This document shows positions 57,459 to 64,000 of a stretch of DNA of 64,000 bases, in pieces. The DNA lies in IMG/VR virus record IMGVR_UViG_3300028048_000051, positions 47,843 to 111,842 of that record. The stretch is one strand, 5' to 3'. The position numbers and the translations under genes were made by a program. Within the stretch, counting starts at the first letter, position 1. The number at the start of each line of letters is the position of its first letter. The DNA comes from a virus (taxonomy: Duplodnaviria > Heunggongvirae > Uroviricota > Caudoviricetes). The notes beneath the pieces are model-generated. The model searched no databases. It was not told where the DNA came from and worked only from the letters and a program-made list of their open reading frames with translations.

Positions 57459-58964
57459 ATGATGCGCGTGGTTCTTGCTGATACGGTGATAGAGGTCGAC
57501 GGCTGGACCGATGACATGGACCAGCTCGGCGAGTACACTTTGGCAGTCCGCAAGACTCCGGAAGAACTGCGGGAGGAAAAAGAACGTCGCTCCCGTTACA
57601 CCAGAAAGTTCAAAGTCAAGCCGGTACGCTTCGAGGAACACACGGTGGTGGAACGCCGTGGCGACGTCGGTTATTTCCTTCCTGGTCTATGGCCGCGGGT
57701 GAAGGAATACCTGAAGCAGAAAGGTGTAGATTACGTGCTTGAAGATAAAAGAGATCCGAGCATAAGACCTAAGCCCGACTATTCACGTATTTCCGGCACC
57801 AGTCTGCGGTTCGGTCAGGATGTGACGCTGGCGTTGGTGGCACTTTCCGACTGTGGGATAATCAAATGCACGACAGCATATGGGAAAAGTTTTCTCATTT
57901 CGCTGATATGCAAGATATTTCCTACATTGAACATACTGGTTACCACCAGTTCCGCTCAGGTGGTGGGGACTCTGTATTCCTATCTTTGCCAAGAGAATCC
58001 CGGAGAGGTCGGATACCTCTACGGACGTGGAAACACTTCTCACGGCAAAAGGATAGTCGTTTCGACGTTGAAGAGCCTCTGCAACATCTCTCCCGAGCGG
58101 GTTCAATTGTTGCTGTGTGATGAATGCCACAGTATCGGACACAATGAATACGGAAAAGCTGTTCAGCGCTTCATGTTCTGCCGTCGTTTCGGCTTCAGCG
58201 CCAGTCCAGTGCGGAATGACGGTTCCAACCGGGTGCTGGAGTCGATCTTCGGTCCGGTGATCCAGGAGGTCGATTATCAGGAAGCTGTCAAGCACGACAT
58301 GGTTGCCAAGATCAAGTATCACATGATCCAGGTGCATGATGCACCCAACATCATCAAGAGCAATAAAGAGTTGCCGGAGTTCATGTTGAAGCGGCTGTCC
58401 TATTGGGCGAATTATTACAGAAATTTGGCAATCGCGGAATTCGTGTATCGGCTCAAGAAGGTGCACGATGGGCAGATCCTGATAATGGTCGAATCGCTGG
58501 AACACGCGATCCGGCTGCATAGGCTGCTGCCGTTTTTCAAGGTTGCTCACGGCGGTGCCAACGACATCGCCGCGCTTCAGGGCAAGCTGAAGGACGTACC
58601 GCTCGATCAGTACAAACTTACCGCCAAGCAGTTGGACATCATGCGCAGGGCCTATGAGAAAGGCACGCTGCGTTACGTGATTGCCACCATGACGTGGCGA
58701 CAGGGCGTGAACTTCAAGCAGCTGGCAGTGCTAATCCGGGCAGACGGGTCGGTGTCGGAAGTCAACGGCATCCAGATCCCCGGACGGGTGGCCAGAATCT
58801 CCGACGGAAAGGAATGTGCTTATGTTATAGACTGTGACGATCGTTTCTCGATCTGGAGCAAGCGCAGGACACATAAGCGTCGTGAGTTATACAGCAAACA
58901 GGGCTGGCCGGAAGCCGGTGAACAGGAGGTTTTAGATGATCTCAGAGGATCTGCTGACGAATGA
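57459..58964 (+). CDS. superfamily 2 helicase (UvsW-like)
   Basis: TTAYGKS, LCDECH, GFSASP, WRQGVN, QIPGRVAR motifs. Start uncertain (57444/57459/57462). Confidence 0.85.
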   Translation: MMRVVLADTVIEVDGWTDDMDQLGEYTLAVRKTPEELREEKERRSRYTRKFKVKPVRFEEHTVVERRGDVGYFLPGLWPRVKEYLKQKGVDYVLEDKRDPSIRPKPDYSRISGTSLRFGQDVTLALVALSDCGIIKCTTAYGKSFLISLICKIFPTLNILVTTSSAQVVGTLYSYLCQENPGEVGYLYGRGNTSHGKRIVVSTLKSLCNISPERVQLLLCDECHSIGHNEYGKAVQRFMFCRRFGFSASPVRNDGSNRVLESIFGPVIQEVDYQEAVKHDMVAKIKYHMIQVHDAPNIIKSNKELPEFMLKRLSYWANYYRNLAIAEFVYRLKKVHDGQILIMVESLEHAIRLHRLLPFFKVAHGGANDIAALQGKLKDVPLDQYKLTAKQLDIMRRAYEKGTLRYVIATMTWRQGVNFKQLAVLIRADGSVSEVNGIQIPGRVARISDGKECAYVIDCDDRFSIWSKRRTHKRRELYSKQGWPEAGEQEVLDDLRGSADE

Positions 58965-59451
58965 AGTAGTCAGTCTGTTGCACCGGTTGCCCAACGGCAT
59001 GCCGGTGAAAAAGATAGTGGAACTGCTGCAGAAGTACGAACGGGATAACGAGATCGAGCTCAGTTGCTACGGCTATGTCATGCACGTCATCGAACATCGT
59101 GGCGTGCAGGCATTCTGGAGCAGTGTAATCGGCTCTGAGAAGTCCGTGAAGGCCTACTGCAACGACGCCCTGGATATGCGCGACAACATTCCTGAACTCC
59201 TGGTGAATGCAGGAGAGTACCTGGAACGGGTCATGGAGCGCATCCCAGATCAGGAAATGGCATTGTCGTACGTGGAGGGCATGACCTTCCCGTACGTGCT
59301 TTATCTGCTGTTCGAGGGCGCCGGGCAACATTTGCTGTCGGCGAAGTATTTGCAGGAGGCCGAGGAGGTGGCCAAACGCTATCCGTCGGCTTTCGATAAA
59401 CTTACCGACTCCTACCGGGAGGCCGGAGAAAAGTTGGTGAAACAATGTTGA
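58936..59451 (+). CDS. hypothetical protein between the two helicases (possible loader)
   Basis: 171-aa helical ORF overlapping both neighbours; loader role is only positional speculation. Confidence 0.55.
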   Translation: MISEDLLTNEVVSLLHRLPNGMPVKKIVELLQKYERDNEIELSCYGYVMHVIEHRGVQAFWSSVIGSEKSVKAYCNDALDMRDNIPELLVNAGEYLERVMERIPDQEMALSYVEGMTFPYVLYLLFEGAGQHLLSAKYLQEAEEVAKRYPSAFDKLTDSYREAGEKLVKQC

Positions 59452-60932
59452 CATTGAACTCAGACGAGTTGGCATTGCTTCGCATAATGCAATCGCCGGA
59501 ACTCACGGAAAAAGCCCTGCGGCTGTATGCGGGAGGGTTGTCGCTGTTCGACAGCGTTAGCGCTCCTCACCTGGCACAGATGTGGTTCGCATACTTGCGC
59601 ACACTCAAGACGTATCAGAAGAAATACGGTTTGAGGTTGAGCAAGGATCTGATTGCAGCTGGCGTATCCGAGGGTCTTACCGGTGTAAAACTGACAGAGC
59701 ACCTAAAGGAGAAAGCGCAGACCATACTGCAGCGCGTGTCAGAGCCGATCGATGCAACCGGCATGGATGAGGGCCTCGAACTGTTGAAGCGACTGATCCA
59801 ACTGGAGAACAACCGCAAGTTGGTACAGCAGATCAACAGCAACGCCGACATGAAGAAGCTGCAGGCGCAGCTCAACCGTTCGCAACAGGCGTTGGGAGAA
59901 CTCAGTGTCGAAAAGCACACGGTTGCAGACAACATGCGCATACTTCCATTGCGCAGCGTGGAATCGTTGATGGTCTACCGCAAACGCATTCCCACCGGGG
60001 TCAATTTCATTGACCTGGCCAGTGGTGGAGGCGGCAGATCCAAAGAGGTCTGGGGTATACTCGGATCCTCGGGCGGCGGCAAAACCATGTTGACAGTGCA
60101 GATGTGCGTAGCGCAGGCGCTTATGGGCAATTACACGGTGTGGGCGACTTACGAACAGTCGATGGAAGGCGACCTGACGGAACGGATGGTGGCCAACATC
60201 ATCGGCGGAGGACTGTCCGACATACGCGATAAGGACTTCAAGGACATTGCGGAAGAGGATCGGCGCAAATACTGGGCTACGATCGCCGGGCTTGATGAAA
60301 AACTCATCACCTACGACATGACCAAGGCCGTACCGGATCCGTTGAATCCGCAGTCCGACCGCGGGATCGCCGCAGTGTGGGAGAACGTCAAGGCGGAGAA
60401 GGCTGCCGGCCGCGATGTGAAGATTGTCATCATCGACTGGCTGGGCGAGCTGATAATGATGCTCGCCGGAGACAAGAACATGGATCCGGAGCGTCAGTAC
60501 CGATTCATCGGCAATCAGCAGATTATGCTGGCTCGCCAGATGGCGAAGGAAGAGGATTTGCTGGTTATCTTCTTTCATCAGCTCAACACCAAGGTGCAGG
60601 ATGCTCGTCCGACCTACAAACCGACCAAGGCCGACGCCTATAACATGAAGTCCATGTGCTACAACATGGATCTGATGTTCGCAATGGGAAACCGTGACAA
60701 GAACAACGTCGCGTATTTCCTGTCGGTTAAATCGCGCAAAGGGGATGTCCGCGAGCAGATGATACAACTCATCGGCGAGCAGGCGCGTTTCAAAGACGTC
60801 TACGGTTGGGTTCCCAGTCGGGATGGCAATTTCTACAAGCCCGGGGAGGATCTGAACGATGAGGCACCGTATGATGGTGACTTGTCAGACCAGCGTCCGG
60901 ATGCCGCGGCGGCGTACAAAAGAGAGGTATAA
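59445..60932 (+). CDS. DnaB-like replicative helicase (T4 gp41-like)
   Basis: GSSGGGKT, YEQ, IIDWL, FHQLN, VKSRKG motifs. Confidence 0.85.
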   Translation: MLTLNSDELALLRIMQSPELTEKALRLYAGGLSLFDSVSAPHLAQMWFAYLRTLKTYQKKYGLRLSKDLIAAGVSEGLTGVKLTEHLKEKAQTILQRVSEPIDATGMDEGLELLKRLIQLENNRKLVQQINSNADMKKLQAQLNRSQQALGELSVEKHTVADNMRILPLRSVESLMVYRKRIPTGVNFIDLASGGGGRSKEVWGILGSSGGGKTMLTVQMCVAQALMGNYTVWATYEQSMEGDLTERMVANIIGGGLSDIRDKDFKDIAEEDRRKYWATIAGLDEKLITYDMTKAVPDPLNPQSDRGIAAVWENVKAEKAAGRDVKIVIIDWLGELIMMLAGDKNMDPERQYRFIGNQQIMLARQMAKEEDLLVIFFHQLNTKVQDARPTYKPTKADAYNMKSMCYNMDLMFAMGNRDKNNVAYFLSVKSRKGDVREQMIQLIGEQARFKDVYGWVPSRDGNFYKPGEDLNDEAPYDGDLSDQRPDAAAAYKREV

Positions 60933-60936
60933 CGCA

Positions 60937-61326
60937 ATGAGGAAGAAAGATTTTGATTCTTTTTGCAGGAGCATTAAAAAGGTATTCGACAGGATAAACG
61001 GAGCGGTGGTGAAATGCAGAAACCGCTCCGGAAGTGCATCTGTTACGCTGTGTGCCGGCACGGTATCCAATTCACATATCACCGTAGAGCGGGTGACGCT
61101 CTGGGATGATATCAGCAACCGCTGTCTTTATTGCGGCCCGCTGCAGAATAAGGAACTTTGGAAGTCACTTACCAAAGCAAGGGTTTGCGGCGGAGAACTC
61201 ACCAAGGCGTCAACCATGGACAGCGCAGGAGGCAAGTTGTGCTGTTATGGTGAATTCGAGACGTGCCAGGTCGCAGATTGCCCGTTCAAGTGCATGCCCA
61301 GACGTCGCCTTAAGGGGATGAACTGA
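60937..61326 (+). CDS. Cys-rich hypothetical protein
   Basis: GAGGT RBS before ATG 60937; several Cys including CLYC, CCYG and CQVADCPFKC. Confidence 0.55.
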   Translation: MRKKDFDSFCRSIKKVFDRINGAVVKCRNRSGSASVTLCAGTVSNSHITVERVTLWDDISNRCLYCGPLQNKELWKSLTKARVCGGELTKASTMDSAGGKLCCYGEFETCQVADCPFKCMPRRRLKGMN

Positions 61327-61327
61327 A

Positions 61328-62458
61328 ATGCTCAATCAGCCTCTCTATGACAGCCTTGTGCGCGTCTTCGGGAAGGTTAAGGTCGAGAACAAAGGCGTTC
61401 CTGCAAGGATTCTGCCAAAACCCGGAACTGTCTCCGAATGGGACCTTCCTGACGACGAACAACACGGCGAGCAGTATCGTGTGTGTTGTCCGTACTGCAA
61501 CGACCGCAACTTCCATCTGTATGTATCCTATTTGTCTTTTGCCGTACCCAAACTCGACGACCGCTTGATGATGAAGGCCGGTTTGCTGGCTTTGTGCTTC
61601 AGGCGACAGTGTTTGCACGATGCCGACAACCGCATGGACTTCATGCGCAGGATCGGTTCCGGGCTCAACGGAGATGTTGACGGACAGGAAGTCAAGGTAG
61701 GCAATGCGCTGCTGTTGGATGACGACGACAGTGACAATCTGTACAGTTGGCCGGAGCATCCAGACATCTCCGGATTCCGGGGCTGGGTGCCCGACTACAA
61801 GCCGATCAACATAGATGCTCCGGAAGACGTGCTGGATTACTTGCGGGAGAGGCGCATAACCACCACCGATGTTGAGATGTTTCATCTCGGATGGGGGCCG
61901 ATAAAGTCGCCTACCTCGGGAGAGTATCTCACAGGAGGCGCGCCATGGATCCTTATTCCCATCATCCAGCACGGAAAACTCAAGGGTATGCAGGCGCGAG
62001 CCCTTCCCGAGTTCTGCGACGGCAAGTTCAAGTACTGGCTGCATCCCGGATCGCGAAAGCGTACACTGGTAGGCAATCTCGACAATGCCCAGAAACTGGG
62101 TCTCGGAGTGGTTACCGAAGGTTGGTTCGACGTGTTTTCAGTAGGTATGCCAGGAGTGTGCATTTTCGGACATACGCCCTCGACATACCAGAAAATGCTT
62201 CTCGGGTCCTTCGACCATGGTCTTATCTGGTTGCCGGATACGGACGTCCGTCCAGACCTGGATCCCATAGCCATTGCCGAACGGCGTTGTGAAGAGTGGA
62301 ACGTGTCCGGGCATTTTCCCAAGGGTGCTCACGTGGTGAAACTGCCGGCAAAGGACGCAGGTTCTATGACACGTCAGGCAGTGTGGCGAGAGATATGCTC
62401 CCAAGTACCGGATACGATGCGCGATTTTTTATTGTCACGCATTGTTCCCAGGCTGTAA
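61328..62458 (+). CDS. DNA primase (Zn-binding plus TOPRIM)
   Basis: CPYCND...HLY...CFRRQC zinc domain; TOPRIM VVTEGWFD and WLPDTD. Confidence 0.85.
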   Translation: MLNQPLYDSLVRVFGKVKVENKGVPARILPKPGTVSEWDLPDDEQHGEQYRVCCPYCNDRNFHLYVSYLSFAVPKLDDRLMMKAGLLALCFRRQCLHDADNRMDFMRRIGSGLNGDVDGQEVKVGNALLLDDDDSDNLYSWPEHPDISGFRGWVPDYKPINIDAPEDVLDYLRERRITTTDVEMFHLGWGPIKSPTSGEYLTGGAPWILIPIIQHGKLKGMQARALPEFCDGKFKYWLHPGSRKRTLVGNLDNAQKLGLGVVTEGWFDVFSVGMPGVCIFGHTPSTYQKMLLGSFDHGLIWLPDTDVRPDLDPIAIAERRCEEWNVSGHFPKGAHVVKLPAKDAGSMTRQAVWREICSQVPDTMRDFLLSRIVPRL

Positions 62459-62485
62459 TCCAAAAGAAAGGAGTCAGTAAATGAC

Positions 62486-64000
62486 ATGAGACGAGAAGTG
62501 ACATTCAGCGCGGCGGTTCCGGGATTCAACGGCACTGCCCGTGCAGTGATCTGGAAGAGAGGAGACCCTTTTCCGAATTTCGCCGACAGTTGCGGGGCGG
62601 ATACTGAAACGCACCTGATTACTGACTGCAAACTGGAACCGGAGTTGGTGGTGCTGGGGGTTTGGAACCCCAAGGACGCCACGGTGTACATCTCGTATTG
62701 GGAAGACGCCGTGTATTTCATGCGCGAACTTTGCAAACGCGAGGTGCAGCAGCGCTACTTCAATCTCGGGTTCGATTTCTTCGTGTTGTCGAACGAGGAC
62801 CCGGAGTGGCCGCTCGTAAACGCCATCGAGCAGGGCCGCGTCAGAGACATGCAGATCAGGATTCACCTGCACGAGATCGCAACCAACGGTTTCATCCGTG
62901 GTAACCTGTGGTCTCTGGAGGGGTGTGCTTTACAGTTCTGCAACGTGCAGTTGGACAAGGGCGAGGAAGAAGGCGATTCAGCTCCCAGAAAGACCTTCCG
63001 TCGCGGTGTTGAAATCACTGATGAGCAGATGGTTTATCTGGGATGGGATTGTCTTTCCACCTGGTCACTCGGAGAAGCCGTACCGGCGGAGAAAACCGAG
63101 GTCACGCATACCAAGGGAATGGTGGCACTGTACAAGATACGGTCCAATGGTTTCCTGGTAGACCCCAAAGTGTTCGACGCCATGGAGGCCAAACTGCTGG
63201 AGGCCAGACAGGACGCGCGGCAACGGCTGTTGTCCTACGGCTTCCCGGATCCCGATAGAGATTCGGTGAAAGAGTATCTCATCGAGAGAACCAACTTCTG
63301 TACCCAGTACGAGGAGTTGCTGCGTCGGCAGGGATTACGCTCCGAGTTGCCGATGGAGGAAGTCGAGGTATCCGATGACGAGGTGGTTCAACTTCAGGTC
63401 ACGCCCAAGAAGTGCAACCTGCGGCAGATGCTGGTGTATCTGTACAACTACAAGTCGTACGGTGAGCCGGATGATTTGATCGCACAGGCGCTGAAGGCGT
63501 CGGCAGAAAAGCCGAGGACTTCACTCACCAAACCCATTGCCGCAGTGTACGCGGAGTTGGTGGCCAAATACGAACTTCAGGCCTTCGACGCCGGCAGGCG
63601 GAAAATCGTGATGCCGGCATTGGTGGGCAGAGTGCTTGAGAAGTACAACGAGGGCGCTTCTCTGGATGATGCGTTCGAGTATGCTTGCGCATATATGGAC
63701 GAACATCCGGAGTGGCTTTCCGGTGAAGAACCGATAGGCCCCCGTAAGTTCTTTCAAGAGCACGTGAAGCACGTAGTTGAACAGAATCCATCACTTGAAC
63801 TGGAGATGACGCCGAAGTCCGGCGAGTACAAATTGACCAAGAAGGATCAGTGGCGTCTGCAGGACCTCGACATCCAGGACAAGTTTTTGGAGGCGTACAT
63901 CGACTTCGGCCATACTCAGAAGTACCTGTCAACGTACCTCAACCGCGAACACATCTGTTCCGACGGCAGGATGCGCGGCAAGTTCACCAACATCCTGAGG
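62486..64000 (+). CDS. polA: family A DNA polymerase, 3'-truncated by the window end (absent from the supplied ORF track)
   Basis: My translation from ATG 62486 is open to 64000. Exo I GADTET, Exo II YFNLGFD, Exo III YLGWD, thumb GFLVD, TPKSG...KYLSTYL...DGRMRGKF. Confidence 0.85.
   Translation, partial: MRREVTFSAAVPGFNGTARAVIWKRGDPFPNFADSCGADTETHLITDCKLEPELVVLGVWNPKDATVYISYWEDAVYFMRELCKREVQQRYFNLGFDFFVLSNEDPEWPLVNAIEQGRVRDMQIRIHLHEIATNGFIRGNLWSLEGCALQFCNVQLDKGEEEGDSAPRKTFRRGVEITDEQMVYLGWDCLSTWSLGEAVPAEKTEVTHTKGMVALYKIRSNGFLVDPKVFDAMEAKLLEARQDARQRLLSYGFPDPDRDSVKEYLIERTNFCTQYEELLRRQGLRSELPMEEVEVSDDEVVQLQVTPKKCNLRQMLVYLYNYKSYGEPDDLIAQALKASAEKPRTSLTKPIAAVYAELVAKYELQAFDAGRRKIVMPALVGRVLEKYNEGASLDDAFEYACAYMDEHPEWLSGEEPIGPRKFFQEHVKHVVEQNPSLELEMTPKSGEYKLTKKDQWRLQDLDIQDKFLEAYIDFGHTQKYLSTYLNREHICSDGRMRGKFTNILR

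Noticed and set aside
1-64000. Stop-codon reassignment as seen in some large phages
   Set aside because: Genes tile densely under the standard code, and TAA, TAG and TGA all terminate credible genes.

Overview
This window is 64 kb of a large, lytic-type contractile-tailed phage (myovirus-like) genome in the standard genetic code; the host cannot be determined from the sequence. From left to right: (1) a head module (about 1-9.1 kb) with putative internal head proteins, a prohead protease, scaffold-like proteins, a decoration protein and the major capsid protein; (2) neck, tail sheath and tube, a spike-like protein, tail chaperone(s) with a probable -1 frameshift, and a tape-measure-like protein, interrupted by an AT-rich opposite-strand moron encoding a membrane-anchored double-PIN protein; (3) baseplate genes with an embedded sigma-70-family gene, then a run of paralogous tail/fibre genes ending in a 1130-aa receptor-binding candidate; (4) hypothetical genes; (5) a non-coding stretch of about 2.3 kb built almost entirely of long, non-repetitive imperfect hairpins; (6) a GpA-type large terminase carrying an intein; (7) a replication/recombination module (Mre11/SbcD, Rad50/SbcC, UvsW-like helicase, DnaB-like helicase, primase, family A polymerase running off the end). 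The strongest novelty candidate is the terminase intein. Its LAGLIDADG homing endonuclease is not in frame with the intein but is overprinted in the +1 frame with its own Shine-Dalgarno, ATG and stop, while the intein frame stays open across the whole 1.5 kb overlap. The second candidate is the hairpin array, a possible giant structured ncRNA. All functional calls come from motif recognition by eye; no searches or folding programs were run.
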